A stretch of 64,000 nt of DNA from an uncultured Chloroflexia bacterium (lineage in GTDB: Bacteria > Chloroflexota > Anaerolineae > JAAYZQ01), in assembly GCA_963783445.1 (NCBI GenBank), contig CAWANP010000015.1, forward strand, positions 216,666-280,665, in the 5' to 3' direction. Within the stretch, counting starts at the first letter, position 1; each line of letters starts with the position of its first letter. Both the position numbers and the translations under genes were made by a program. Positions 29,475 to 40,857 of the stretch are shown piece after piece. Below the pieces are notes generated by a model that was given only the letters and a program-made list of their open reading frames with translations, had not been told where the DNA came from and searched no databases.

Positions 29475-30299
29475 ATGACGATTCTTATCATCATTCTGTT
29501 GGGACTGGTGGGGCTGGCCGTTCTGGTGGCGCTTTTTGGTTGGCTGGGGCTGCGGCTCAAACCCAAGCCCTTCCCGGCCTATCCGGAACGGATGCCGGAA
29601 CTCAAGACCGTCCCATTGCCGCAGGATCTGCCGGCGCCCGTGGCCCGCTGGTACAGGGCCACCATAGGCGACCAGATCCCGATCATCGATGCGGCCGTGA
29701 TCACTGGCAGGGCCAAGCTGCGTTTCATGGGCATCCCCTTCCTGGGGCGCTACCGCATCGTGCACGACGCCGGCCATGGTTACCGTCACTATCTCGAGGC
29801 CACTCTCTTTGGCCTGCCGATCCTGAAAGTCAACGAAGTTTATCTCGATGGGAAGAGCCGCCTGGAGCTGCCCTTCGGTGTAGTCGAGAACGAGCCCAAG
29901 GTGGACCGCTCTGCGAACCTGGGTCTTTGGGCGGAGTCAGTGTGGCTGCCCTCCATCTTTGTCACCGATCCCCGGGTTCGATGGGAAGCCGTCGACGATG
30001 CGACCGCCCTGCTGGTGGTGCCCTTTGGCGATGAAGAGGAGACGATTGTCGCCCGCTTCGACCCCACCACCGGCTTTCTGCGTCTGCTTGAGGCCATGCG
30101 CTACAGGGAGGCCTCTGACGAGGACAGGGTCCTGTGGATCAATGAAGTACTGGGCTGGCAGGTGTTCAACGGGATCCAGGTCCCGTCGCCGGCCACCGTG
30201 ACCTGGTTGGACGAGGGTACGCCCTGGTCGAGGTGGGAGCACGACGATGTGGTCTACAATGTCGATGTTTCAGCGTATATCCGGGCCAAAGGCCCCTGA
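29475..30299 (+). CDS. Hypothetical membrane-anchored protein
   Basis: N-terminal TM helix, 274 aa; no recognisable catalytic motif. Confidence 0.5.
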   Translation: MTILIIILLGLVGLAVLVALFGWLGLRLKPKPFPAYPERMPELKTVPLPQDLPAPVARWYRATIGDQIPIIDAAVITGRAKLRFMGIPFLGRYRIVHDAGHGYRHYLEATLFGLPILKVNEVYLDGKSRLELPFGVVENEPKVDRSANLGLWAESVWLPSIFVTDPRVRWEAVDDATALLVVPFGDEEETIVARFDPTTGFLRLLEAMRYREASDEDRVLWINEVLGWQVFNGIQVPSPATVTWLDEGTPWSRWEHDDVVYNVDVSAYIRAKGP

Positions 30300-31039
30300 A
30301 TCTCTTCGACTCCAACCCCGGTTCCAGCCTTGGCTGTTGCTCTTTCCGACTACACTCTACTACTTTTCTCCTGCCCTCATCCTGCAGCGGGCTGCGGAAG
30401 GCATCATCAATGCCAGTCTTCTCGTGTTTGGTTTGATGTTCCTGTCCTCCCTGTTTTTCGGCCGGCTGTGGTGCGGCTGGGCCTGTCCGGCAGGTGCCCT
30501 GCAGGAGTTCGGTGCGCCAATCAACAACAAGCGCACGCCGGGAGGCAAGTTCAACTGGGTCAAGAGGTTCATCTGGCCCCCTGGATTGGTCTCCTCGTTG
30601 TCCTGGCTGTTGGCGCCGGTGGTTACCATAGCGTGGATCCCTTTTTCCAGCTTGAGGGCGGGATGACCATGGCCCTGCCTCTGGGCGGGGGTGGTCCTCG
30701 CTGGTTCTTTGTGTACTATGTCATTATCGCTCTCTTCTTAGGGCTGGCGTTGGTCTTTGGCCGGAGGGCGGGCTGCCACACCAGTTGCTGGATGGTGCCC
30801 TTTATGATTATCGGCCGCAAGATCCGCAACATCGTGGGCTGGCCCGCTCTGCGACTCCAGGCCACGCCTGACAAATGCCGCGATTGCCTGACCTGCACCC
30901 GCAGCGGCCGGTGAGCTTGGACGTCAATGCGATGGTCAGGATGGCGCAGATGGAGGACAGTGAGTGCATCCTGTGTGGCAACTGTGTGGACGGCTGCTCC
31001 AAGGGTGCCATCCGTTTCTCCTTCAGCGGGGGCAAGTAG
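30247..31039 (+). CDS. Membrane 4Fe-4S-binding (polyferredoxin, NapH/MauN-like) protein, with about two frameshifts
   Basis: [17 protein letters not shown], then TM segments, then C..C..C...CP ferredoxin motifs (DKCRDCLTC.. and [12 protein letters not shown]). These are spread over three frames. Confidence 0.6.
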
Positions 31040-31148
31040 GTCTGTCGTACGCGCAATGCGCCCCTTCAATGGCCGAGGGTCTGTATCTGAGACAAGTAGG
31101 GCTCGGTCAGAGACCTTCGCCATCATGGGAGACTGAGACGAGTAGGGC

Positions 31149-32756
31149 TCAGTCAAAGGCCCGATACTTGAACTTGCCATTGACCAAGGTCCCGGCCACA
31201 CGTACCGCCGGCAGGCTTTCGGGACTCAGGCCAAAGATATCGCGGTCGAAAATGGTCAAGTCAGCGAATTTGCCTACGCTGACACTGCCTTGTCGCTGCT
31301 CCTGGCCGCTGGTGATGGCGGCTGCCATGGTGAAGCCATAGATCGCCTCAGCCAGGGTGAGGCACTGCTCGGGATACCAGGCCCGATCGAAGGGGGGCTC
31401 GGGCGCCTGCCGCATCACGGCTGCCATGATGCCCTGCCAGGGATCGATAGGAGCAAAGGGCGCATCTGAGCTGAAAACAACCATCGCGCCCGTCTCCAAT
31501 ACGTCGCGGCAGGCATGGGTGGAACGGCCACGCTCACCCAGAATCTCATCCACAACGTCCCTATCAAAGGCCACGTGGACGGGATTCATCGAGGCAACTA
31601 CATTCAGTGGAGCCAGCCGCACCCTGTCGGCGGGAGTACAGATCTGTAGATGCTCAATGCGGTGCCAGAGTTGCTGGGGGGAAATGCCTCTCTTCGCCTC
31701 GTTGGCGCGTACTGTCTCCAGCACATCGAGCACATCGTGGACCGCCTTGTCACCGATGGCATGGATTGCCAGGCTCAGGCCGTTCTCGCTCGCCCGGCAA
31801 GCCTGCTCGGTCATCAATGCCTTGTCGGTCACAATTATCCCTCTGTTGCCGATGTCATCTCCGTAGGGCGCGTGCAGCAGGGCAGAACGGGTCCCCAAAG
31901 CACCGTCGGCAAAGATCTTGATGCTACCAACCCGTAAGAAGTCGTCGCCAAACCCGCTCCGCAGACCCAGGGCAATCGCGTGGTCCATGAGGTCAACAGG
32001 CAGGTTCTTGATGATGCGTAGTTCCAGTTCGCCGTGCTGGTGCAACCATTGTAGCGCACGGAAACTTGCTTCGCCATCCAGGTCGTGCAGGCCAACCAGC
32101 CCCTTACGCCAACAAAGCTCCTGGGCCTTGCGCATCGCCTCTGCAAGCTTGGGTGTGTTGAGCGGGGGGACGTGCCTGGAAACCAGGGTCACGGCCTCTT
32201 CGAAGAGAATGCCCGTGGGATTCCCGTGTTCATCTCGCTGGATCTTGCCACCGGAGGGATCGGCTGTTTCGGCTGTGATGCCAGCGATTTTCAGCGCCCG
32301 GCTATTCACCCAGGCCTCATGCAGGAAAATCCTGTGATCGAGAAGGACCGGGCAATGCGCAGCAACGCGGTCCAGGTCGGCTGCCGTTGGCGGCGAAGGG
32401 TCAGGCCACACATCGTTTGACCAACCATAACCGTGTACCCATTCGTCCGGTTCCTTGCCGGCCGCTGCCTGGGCCACTCGCTGGACGGCTTCTTCCAGCG
32501 AGGGTACATCGAGCAGGTCGGTGCGGATCAAGGTGGCCGCCAGTCTCTCAAAGTGGACGTGGGCATCGATCAGACCCGGCGTAACGCTCCTTCCGTCTAT
32601 ATTGACGATCTCCGTACCCTGGTCTGCCAACGGCAAGATCTCGTAGTCACGGCCTACGGCCAAAATTATCCCACGTTCTATGGCTACCGCTTCGGCTCTG
32701 GGTTGCCGTGGATCGACGGTGTGTATACTGCCGTTATGCAAGATCGAGTCAGCCAT
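31149..32756 (-). CDS. Amidohydrolase-3 family metal-dependent hydrolase
   Basis: The N-terminal GLIDAHVH metal-binding motif and the overall amidohydrolase-3 length and pattern. The likely start is MADSILHNGSIHTV. Confidence 0.8.
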   Translation of the reverse strand: MADSILHNGSIHTVDPRQPRAEAVAIERGIILAVGRDYEILPLADQGTEIVNIDGRSVTPGLIDAHVHFERLAATLIRTDLLDVPSLEEAVQRVAQAAAGKEPDEWVHGYGWSNDVWPDPSPPTAADLDRVAAHCPVLLDHRIFLHEAWVNSRALKIAGITAETADPSGGKIQRDEHGNPTGILFEEAVTLVSRHVPPLNTPKLAEAMRKAQELCWRKGLVGLHDLDGEASFRALQWLHQHGELELRIIKNLPVDLMDHAIALGLRSGFGDDFLRVGSIKIFADGALGTRSALLHAPYGDDIGNRGIIVTDKALMTEQACRASENGLSLAIHAIGDKAVHDVLDVLETVRANEAKRGISPQQLWHRIEHLQICTPADRVRLAPLNVVASMNPVHVAFDRDVVDEILGERGRSTHACRDVLETGAMVVFSSDAPFAPIDPWQGIMAAVMRQAPEPPFDRAWYPEQCLTLAEAIYGFTMAAAITSGQEQRQGSVSVGKFADLTIFDRDIFGLSPESLPAVRVAGTLVNGKFKYRAFD

Positions 32757-33272
32757 AACACAACCCACCTTTCTGCCCGTGAAGGCGTTGTTGAACATCA
32801 TGCAAACGTCGACTGACGTGTAGATCGGTGGAACAACGATCGTCTGAAGATACACTATACCACAAGGTGGAATAGTGGCAACTTGGGATAGCAGAGCATC
32901 ATTGAGGATCGTTGGTTGCTTGACAAGCCAGCTTGTGGTAAAATGAAAGCTGGGGGAGTTCTGCCAATAGAGTGAGTGTCTTGAGGACGATCCTCCCCCT
33001 GCCGGGTTGTATCCTGGTGTGGGATCGGTGCTCAGAGCGACCGAAGCATAGAACTAACCTTGGCTCACCCCATCTTACCCACGCTCAGTAGAGGTCTCCA
33101 CAAATCCTGCTTCGAGGGCAGATCCGGCCGCTGTGCTGTCGAGGAGAGTAGCGTGCCCCGAGCGCCTTGCGCGTCGAGCGGTACCCGCCGTTATCATCTT
33201 CTCGGTGGCTCGGGCTTCCTGAATGTTGAAGGCGCTTCTCCAGGCGCTTCTGGCAGGGATCCAGACTGAAAG

Positions 33273-35603
33273 GTGAAACGAGGGATGGCCAATCCCGCAG
33301 GCCGGACCAGCAGCGCAAGTTGGGCGCCGATGCTACTCGTGGCTGCGGCCTTAGTCCTGGTGCTGGTGCCTCTGCTTCTGGCTACGAGCCAGGTTCTCTT
33401 GTTGCGGTGGCTGGCGATCATGGTGCTTACCTGGTGGCTGCCGGGGGCACTCCTGGTGGTTGCCTGGCGGCTCCCGGAGCTTGATTTGCCGACCGGCATC
33501 ATCGTGGCATTCGGGCTCGGTCTGTGCTGGATGATCCTGCTGGGGCTTCTGGTACACTGGCTGCCGGGGCCTGTGGATCTCTGGCTTCTGATTGCTGCCT
33601 ATGAGGTGGGTGTGATTGGCCTGCTGGCAGCCTTGCTCTGGCGACGGCCGCAACGGTTGGTGCCAGGAGTGCCAACCTCCTGGGGGTGGTTGGTTTTGCT
33701 GCTTGTCCTGCTTTGTTTGCTGCGGCTGCCAGGGCTGGGCTACCACGACTTGCATATCGATGAGGTGGAGGTGCTGCGTCGCGCCAGGTGGGCCATTGAG
33801 GGGGTCGACGAGATACTGGCCGTGCACACCAAAGGCCCTGGCGAAATCGCGGTCGCCATGGTCACCTACCGTGCCTTGGGCACGGCCACCGAAGCTACCG
33901 CGCGACTGCCCTTCGCGTTGATGAGCATCGGCAGTGTGCTGGCCACCGCCCTGCTGGGTCGCCGGCTCTTTTCGGCAACCACCGGCTTCTGGGGTGGGGC
34001 ACTGCTTGCTTTCAATGGCTTTGCCCTGGGCCTGTCGCGCATCGTTCAGTACCAGCCAGCCGTGCTCTTGCTCTCCGTATTGGCTGTCCTGTCTGCATGC
34101 GAATTCGCCCAGCGCAGCGAGGGACGCTGGCTGGCCCTGGCGGCTGCTTTCAGCGCCTGCGGCGTTGTCATGCATTACGAGTTTGCGCTCCTCGCACCGG
34201 TCCTGGCGGTACTGACCTGGGCTGGCTGGAAGCGCGCGCTTGATAGGGGAGCGCTTTTGCGCCTGTCGCTATGGGCCACGATCTTGGGGGCGGTCCTCAT
34301 AGCCGCGGCCTACGTCCCCGCCATCTTGAGTCCACACCTGGCCAAGACGCAGAGACAGCTCGGGGTGCGGATGGGCGGTTTTGGCACATTCAATATCCCG
34401 ACACTCGTTGAGCTGGGCACGTTGTACAATTCCAGCTACTTCTTCGGAGGGCTGATCCTTCTGGGGGCAGCCGGAATCGTCCTGGGCTGGCGTAGGGCGC
34501 GGCGGCAGACCCTATTGCTCGTGTTGTGGTTCCTGCCATTCTTGATCTTGCTTCTCTTCGTGATGCGCCTGCCTGGTACCCACTTTTACGTGCTCATGCC
34601 AAGCTGGTCGCTGTTGGCAGCGCTGCCCCTGGCAGCCGTGACAGAGTCAAGGGCGCCGTGGCCTCTTGTGCGCGGGGGTCTGCACGGCCTGGCCGTCGTC
34701 TGGCTGGCCTTGTCAGCTGGCTACCTGTACTTGGCCTTCTTCCGGCAGGACCCCGAATACATTGTCAACTACCAGGAGGAGCGGCTGCCCGTCTACGTGG
34801 CGCCATACGGCGAGGGCGTGCCGCGTGAACCCCGTTACGGCTTTCCCATCCGGGAAGGGTGGAAGACGCTGGGCTTGCTGGCCAAGTGGGGGTGCCTGCA
34901 GGGCACCTATGGCAGCAACGAGGCGTCGCGCATCCACCAGCGCTGGTACCTCAAAGACTTGGCCTACGTTGGCCCGGAGCGATCGCCCGACTATGTCTTT
35001 GTGGCCAAGCATGTGCAAGTCCTCCACCACAAGTACGACGAGAGCAGGCTTCAAGGCTACCGGCAGGTAGGCGAGGTGCGGGTGCGGGATGAGCCGCGCA
35101 TCGAGATCTGGGCGCGCCAGCCTCTGCCGGCATCCTATGTGACCTATGGGCTGGAGGAGTATGCCGGTGTTTTCGACAGCGTGCAACCCAGCCTCGAGGA
35201 CTGGCCCGGGATGCCGGTTCAGGTACGCGGGGACAGGTTCGCTGAGGAGTTGACCCTGGAGGCTGCAGGCCTGGCCCAGACGATCTACAGGCGAGGGGAT
35301 GTCCTCCACCTGCTGCTGGTGTGGCGTCCCGAAATGCCTCTGGCCAAGGACTATAAGCTCTTTGTCCACGTAGCGGACGAAAGCGAGCGTCCGCTGACGC
35401 AGTGGGACGGTTTCCCTTGCTTGAACCTGAGTCGCACGAGTCAGTGGGCGGCTGGTGCATCGATCGCTGACCACGTGGTAATGTCCATCCCCGACGATCT
35501 GCCGCCAGGCCATTACTCACTGTTGGTGGGCCTATACGACGAGGCTAGTGGGGAGCGGCTGGGCGGCCAGTTTGTCAAGATCGCAACGATTACGATACGT
35601 TGA
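33273..35603 (+). CDS. GT39/ArnT-like (PMT_2) integral membrane glycosyltransferase with a C-terminal soluble domain
   Basis: 776 aa, at least 12 TM helices in the N-terminal ~480 aa with DE-containing loops, followed by a ~280-aa hydrophilic C-terminal domain. Confidence 0.6.
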   Translation: MKRGMANPAGRTSSASWAPMLLVAAALVLVLVPLLLATSQVLLLRWLAIMVLTWWLPGALLVVAWRLPELDLPTGIIVAFGLGLCWMILLGLLVHWLPGPVDLWLLIAAYEVGVIGLLAALLWRRPQRLVPGVPTSWGWLVLLLVLLCLLRLPGLGYHDLHIDEVEVLRRARWAIEGVDEILAVHTKGPGEIAVAMVTYRALGTATEATARLPFALMSIGSVLATALLGRRLFSATTGFWGGALLAFNGFALGLSRIVQYQPAVLLLSVLAVLSACEFAQRSEGRWLALAAAFSACGVVMHYEFALLAPVLAVLTWAGWKRALDRGALLRLSLWATILGAVLIAAAYVPAILSPHLAKTQRQLGVRMGGFGTFNIPTLVELGTLYNSSYFFGGLILLGAAGIVLGWRRARRQTLLLVLWFLPFLILLLFVMRLPGTHFYVLMPSWSLLAALPLAAVTESRAPWPLVRGGLHGLAVVWLALSAGYLYLAFFRQDPEYIVNYQEERLPVYVAPYGEGVPREPRYGFPIREGWKTLGLLAKWGCLQGTYGSNEASRIHQRWYLKDLAYVGPERSPDYVFVAKHVQVLHHKYDESRLQGYRQVGEVRVRDEPRIEIWARQPLPASYVTYGLEEYAGVFDSVQPSLEDWPGMPVQVRGDRFAEELTLEAAGLAQTIYRRGDVLHLLLVWRPEMPLAKDYKLFVHVADESERPLTQWDGFPCLNLSRTSQWAAGASIADHVVMSIPDDLPPGHYSLLVGLYDEASGERLGGQFVKIATITIR

Positions 35604-35843
35604 GTGACCCCTGCTAGATGCATGGGCCTGAGTTGCCCTACGGCGGAGTCCATGGTAGAATAGGTTGGCTGTAGTGCGCGCCTCGGCTTGGTGGAGGCGA
35701 CGGCCGAGTCGCAGCGTCGGCTCTTCTTGGGAGGAGAGAAATGCGGCTTGGCAGCCGATAAACCTGCCCTGAGTGGCAGTGTGGTTCTGGCCGTTTTCTC
35801 TTCTGGGAACAGGAGCAACCCATTCATCTGAAGGAGGGAAAGG

Positions 35844-36269
35844 ATGTCTGACCAACCACAGTACGAGCAACAGCGCGACGAGAAGGACGAGAAGCAGGAA
35901 AAGGGAAACGGGGACAGTTGGGACGAAAAGTGGCGCCGTGATCCAGTTGACGCCGCCATGTGGGCCCTCATCCTGATCTGGGTCGGGGTGGTGCTGCTTG
36001 GCGCCAACCTGGGCTTCTTTCGGGGATTGCCCCTGGAATCCTGGTCCATTGGCTTCCTTGGAGCTGGCGTCATTGTACTCTTGACGGTACTCTTTCGCTT
36101 GCTGGTGCCGGCTTACCGGAAACCTGTGGGTGGCACCGTCATTCTGGGGGTGGTCTTTATCGGGATCGGCCTGGGCGAGCTGGTCGGATGGATCATCATC
36201 GGGCCCTTGGTTCTGATTGGCATCGGTGTGGGCATCATTCTGACCGGCATCTTTCGGAAACGCGAGTAG
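35844..36269 (+). CDS. Small membrane protein with an acidic N-terminus
   Basis: 141 aa with three hydrophobic helices. Confidence 0.5.
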   Translation: MSDQPQYEQQRDEKDEKQEKGNGDSWDEKWRRDPVDAAMWALILIWVGVVLLGANLGFFRGLPLESWSIGFLGAGVIVLLTVLFRLLVPAYRKPVGGTVILGVVFIGIGLGELVGWIIIGPLVLIGIGVGIILTGIFRKRE

Positions 36270-36388
36270 ACCCGACAGGTTGCGCCCGTACCGGTTCGTG
36301 GCAGTTGCTTTGGCACCATTGAGGCGCGCCCGGGCGCCTGGTGCCTGGCAGAGCTAAAAAGGTTCATCAGCGCCGTCTCGGCATATGA

Positions 36389-36448
36389 GCCAGTCTGAAC
36401 CTGGCGGCAAAATGCGTTGGACTGTGGTCCAACGCGAGCCAGACTGGC
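36389..36448 (+). promoter_or_regulatory. Nested hairpin element upstream of the B12-radical SAM gene
   Basis: An outer stem gccagtctg (36389-36397) pairs with cagactggc (36440-36448). An inner hairpin ttggac-tgtg-gtccaa lies at 36418-36433. The element shares the word CCAGTCTGAACC(C/T)GG with the operator pair at 26466-26510. Confidence 0.3.
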
Positions 36449-36541
36449 TGGAAACTCGCTTGTTTCTCGTGCCGTGGGGCGCGTTTACAGTAAAGCGTCT
36501 GGAATTGAGTCGCTTTCCCTCCTGCAGAAAGGAATTGTATT

Positions 36542-37952
36542 TTGCGCGTTCTGCTGCTCGAACCTCCCAAGGTTCCCTGGGAGATGATGGGCGATGTGGT
36601 GGCCCCGCCGTTGGGACTGGCCCAACTGGCCGGTTGTCTGGAAGAGGCCGGCATCCCAGTCGAGGTCCTGGATGCCAACGCCCTGGAGATTGGTTGGGAC
36701 AGGCTGGGATCCTCTATTGCTGGGGCCGAGCCGGACCTGATCGGCATAACGGTCTATACCCCCTTTGTGCCTGAAGTAACCCGCGCCGTGCGCATCGCCC
36801 GCCGGGCAGCGCCTCAGGCAACTATCGCCTTGGGCGGCCCCCACGTCACCTTCACCGTCGAAGAGACGCTGCAGACCATGCCCGAGGTGGACGTTGTGGC
36901 GCGGGGCGAGGGCGACCGGATCATCGTCGATCTGGCTCGTGCGGTGGAGGGCGGCGAAGGGCTCGACCGGGTGCCGGGTATCAGCTACCGGTGCGACGAT
37001 CAAATCGTGGAGACTCCTGCACCGCCAGCCCCGGACCTCGCCAGCCTGCCGCTGCCCGCCTTCCACCTGATGCCCATGGAACGCTACTATTTTCAGGTAC
37101 TTGGCGGTCCCTTTGCTACCGTCGTCGCCAGTCGTGGCTGTCCGTTCCAGTGTACTTTTTGCTCCGAGTGGCCTTTCTGGGGCGGCGGCTGGCGTCCCTA
37201 TGATCCCGAGCAGATCGTTGAGCAGCTAGATATCTTGGTGAACCGCTATGGGCGCACGAACATCTGGTTTGGCGACGATTGCTTCAATGTGGACGGCGAT
37301 CACGTGGCCGCCATCTGCGAGGGGATCCTGAGCCGGGGGATCAAAGCCAGCTGGTACTACCAGGGGCGCGCCGACCTGCTGGTCAAGTACAAGGACCTGC
37401 TGCCGCTGATGCGCCGGGCTGGCAACCGCATGGCCCAGATCGGCATCGAGGCCTCCAACGACGAGCAGCGGGATGAGCTGAACAAGAAATTGGGCACCGA
37501 GACGGTCGCAGAGGCGGTAAGCCTGCTGCGGCAGCATGGCATCGTCTGCCAGGGTATGTTCATCGTCGGCCTGCCCAGCGATACCCCGCGCACGATCGAG
37601 CAAAAGGTGCGGTTGGCTACCCGTCTCGACGTCGACTTTCCCATCTTTGTCATATACACCCTCTTTCCCGGTGTCCGCCGACTATGAGCGGGCCGTCGCC
37701 GAGGGCCGGCTGGAACTCCCGGCGGACTATGGCCGCCACGACATGGCCCACGTGCTGGTCGCCCCCGACAAGATGGCCCCCCGCCAGGTCTATGCCTATA
37801 CCCGGTGGGCAGTGACGAGCATCTACTTGCACCCAGTGCGGCTTGCGCGGGCCCTGTTCTCGCCCAACGACTGGCAGCGGCATAGTTCCGGATCGATGCT
37901 CCTCTACCTGGGTAAGCAGTTCGCCCGCAATCTCGTACCCAGGTTTGGGTGA
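36542..37952 (+). CDS. Cobalamin (B12)-binding domain radical SAM enzyme (class B rSAM, methyltransferase-like); frameshift near 37670
   Basis: N-terminal B12-binding fold, CxxxCxxC SRGCPFQCTFCSEW, and the C-terminus continuing in the ORF 37536..37952. Confidence 0.8.
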
Positions 37953-38401
37953 CCAGTTCGACCGGCGGCGAGACTGTCGAGGTCGACGTGGTCAGCATCG
38001 GTGTGGAGATATTCGTCGTATGCCCTTCATCCCCCGGGGCAACTGTAGTTGACTTTGCCCTCGTCGGTTTCCTGCGCCTGCGCTCGCCAAAGATCTCCGA
38101 CTGAGGCGATTCGGGGTCGATGAGAGCCAAGGCCATCGGAGGCTCAACCGGTTCGTGGAGTTCGGCGGCGGATGGCATGCAGGCCGGATCCGCTGATTGC
38201 TCCATCGTCCTGGTGTGACCTGTCCACTCATAGGCGCCCGCACGATGGCGCAGTGGGGACAATCTTGGGGCCCCATCACCTGGCCTTTTAGTGATCAGTG
38301 GTTGCAGCGGCTCAATGCAGCCAGTGAGGCGACAGTGCTCAGGTATCCCTACGATTTCATACCGGTTCAATGAGCCATACATAGAAGGCAGGAGGTTGGG
38401 C

Positions 38402-39579
38402 GTGAGCTTTCCGCAGACTGCAGATGTAGTCGTCATCGGCGGCGGGATCATTGGGACAAGCATCGCCTTTCACCTGGCATGCATGGGCGTGGGCAAGGTC
38501 GTGGTGCTGGAGCGAGAAGTATCTGGCGGCCGGCGCTACCGGCCTGAGCTGCGGGCTGGTACGGCAACACGCAGACAATCCGTTGGACGCCCAGATGGTT
38601 TCCAAGAGCATGGAGACGTACCGGTACTTTGACAGTCTCGTGGGTGGGGACTGCGGTTGGGTGAGCACGGGCTTTCTCTATTTGACCTCTCCAAGAAACC
38701 TTGAGCCGATGAAGGCCAATATCGCCATGCTGCAGGACATGGGGATCCGTACCCGGCTGGTTGATTCCGGCTGAGATCCGCGAGCTGGCCCCCTACCTGA
38801 GTGTTGACGAGCCCATGTACGCCGCCTACGAGCCGGATTCAGGCTACGCCGATCCCTACTCGGCGACGATGGGCTTTGCTGAGGGGGCGCGCCGCCATGG
38901 AGCCCAGATCTTCCAGGGTGTAGAAGCAACGGGCATCGTCACCGGCAACGGTCGCGTGACAGGCGTGCAGACGCCCCAAGGTGAAATCTCTGCTCCTGTC
39001 GTCATTGATGCGGCCGGACCGTGGGGCGGGTTGGTGGCGGCCATGGGCGGCGTGCCCACCGATCTGGAGATCGAGCACCATCAGGTCGGTACGCTCGAGG
39101 TCCCGCCGGAGGTAACCTGGCCGCACCTGACGGTGATAGACACGTTACGCTACACCTACTTTCGGCCCGAAACCGGCCGGATGACGCTGGTTGGCGCCTC
39201 GTTCGCCAACCGCATCATCGGCGCCGAACAACTGGAAAGCTACAGCCAGAACCTGACACCGGATACGGAGTATGAGTTGCTGGAGCGGTTCTGTGCCCGC
39301 TTCCCTGGCATGGAGGTGGCAGGGGTACGCAAGGGCCACGCTGGCGTCTATATCAATACGCAGGATCTGCATGGATTGTTGGGGCCAGCGCCCGGCGTGG
39401 AGGGCTTTTATCTGGCCACGGGTCTCAGCGGCCAAGGCTTCAAGATGGCGCCTGTGGTTGGCCAGGCCATGGCCGAGCTGATCCTGAACGGCCGCGCGGA
39501 CGTAGTGGACATAAGACCCCTGCGTGTGACCCGCTTTGAGGAAAGCGAACCGATCAGGGGGCTGCATCCCTACGGGTAG
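38402..39579 (+). CDS. FAD-dependent oxidoreductase (DAO family, sarcosine/glycine oxidase-like), with about two frameshifts
   Basis: GTG start with an AGGAGG RBS; dinucleotide motif VVVIGGGIIGTSIAFHLA; the fold continues across the ORFs 38291..38632, 38451..38774 and 38761..39579. Confidence 0.7.
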
Positions 39580-39599
39580 CTCCAACAGACACTCATGGA

Positions 39600-40793
39600 T
39601 TGAGAATGACAGGCAGACATTATGATGTGCTGATCGTTGGTGGTGGGATTATGGGCTGTTCCATCGCCTACCATCTCGTGGCGCAAGATGACCGGCTCAG
39701 AATTGTCGTCGTCGAGATGGATCCATCCTACTCCTACGCGTCAACCACCCTGTCCGTGGCCAATGTAAGGGTTCAGTTTGCCATCAAGGAGAATGTCCAA
39801 ATCTCTCTGTATGCGCTGGATTTTCTTCAGCGGTTTGGCGACGAGATGGCTGTGGGTGACCAGAATCCGGATGTGGGATTCCGCCACCAGGGCAACCTCT
39901 TCCTGGTAGATAAGGCAGAGCGCGCGCAGGCTGAGCAGAGACTGGCGCTGCAGAGGAGCTTGGGTTGCCAAGTTGAGTGGCTGTCACCAGACGAGATCAC
40001 GCAGCGCTACCCCCTCTACGATGCCGAAAAGTACGCTGGGGGTACCTTTGGGTGCCGGGATGGCACGATAGATGCCCATGCGGTTCTCATGGCCTATCGG
40101 GCCAAGGCTAGATCTCTGGGCGCCGAGTTCCTTCACGACGAGGTGGTGGAGATTCTGCGCGACGGAAGCAGGGTCACAGGAGTCCGGCTGGCCTCAGGGG
40201 GCGCGCTGGTGGCCAGGTCTGTGGTAAACTGTAGTGGGGCCTGGGCGGCCCAGGTCGCCCAGACGGCAGGCGTGAGAATTCCGGTCAAGCCGCAAAAGTG
40301 CCAGGTCTTTGTGTTGGACACTCGGGTCAAGCCGGACCACAGCCTGCCGCTGACGATCCTCCCATCGGGCCTCTGCATTCTTGATGAGACCGGAGGCCTG
40401 ATTCTTTGCGTGCGGTCCATCGAAGCATCAGACCAGATCGATTTCACGTTGGAGAGAAGGAGGTTCACCGATGGGCTATGGGAAGAGCTGGTCGCATTCG
40501 TTCCAGCCTTTGACCGCCTCAGGCTCATCAGCGGTTGGGTAGGGCTCTTTGCCATGAGCACCCTGGACAGCAACGCGTTTTTGGGCGAGTGGCCCGAGTT
40601 GCAGGGGTTCTACCTGGCCAACGGCTTCTCGGGGCACGGATTCCAACAGAGTCATGCAGTGGGACGCTACCTGGCTGAGCAGATCACGGGCTGCACACCG
40701 ACGCTGGATCTATCGATCTTTGCTCCACGGCGCATTCTGGAGAATCGGCCGATCCACGAGGCGATGGCGGGCGGCTCGTCGGGACACGATTGA
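39600..40793 (+). CDS. FAD-dependent oxidoreductase (DAO family), intact
   Basis: VLIVGGGIMGCSIAYHL Rossmann motif; 397 aa. Confidence 0.8.
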   Translation: MRMTGRHYDVLIVGGGIMGCSIAYHLVAQDDRLRIVVVEMDPSYSYASTTLSVANVRVQFAIKENVQISLYALDFLQRFGDEMAVGDQNPDVGFRHQGNLFLVDKAERAQAEQRLALQRSLGCQVEWLSPDEITQRYPLYDAEKYAGGTFGCRDGTIDAHAVLMAYRAKARSLGAEFLHDEVVEILRDGSRVTGVRLASGGALVARSVVNCSGAWAAQVAQTAGVRIPVKPQKCQVFVLDTRVKPDHSLPLTILPSGLCILDETGGLILCVRSIEASDQIDFTLERRRFTDGLWEELVAFVPAFDRLRLISGWVGLFAMSTLDSNAFLGEWPELQGFYLANGFSGHGFQQSHAVGRYLAEQITGCTPTLDLSIFAPRRILENRPIHEAMAGGSSGHD

Positions 40794-40857
40794 GATAGAG
40801 AGGATTTGCAGAGTATGAACTGTCTATCCTCTGGCAACTCTCGCCCGCAAAGGGCTG

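Noticed and set aside
29955-29975. gggttcgat motif, possible tRNA T-arm
   Set aside because: It lies inside a coding region, and no acceptor, D or anticodon-stem complementarity can be built around it. No tRNA could be supported anywhere by eye.
33351-35513. 274-aa and 266-aa minus-strand ORFs
   Set aside because: They are shadow ORFs opposite the GT39-like membrane glycosyltransferase. They are Gln/Pro/Arg-rich and not plausible proteins.
36270-36541. Cobalamin riboswitch upstream of the B12-radical SAM gene
   Set aside because: No B12-box (GCCACTG-like core) is present. Only generic hairpins were seen.
37357-38463. 368-aa ORF on the minus strand
   Set aside because: It is antisense to the well-supported B12-radical SAM gene. 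It is Pro/Arg/Gly-rich and low-complexity, as is typical of GC-rich shadow frames, and has no motif.
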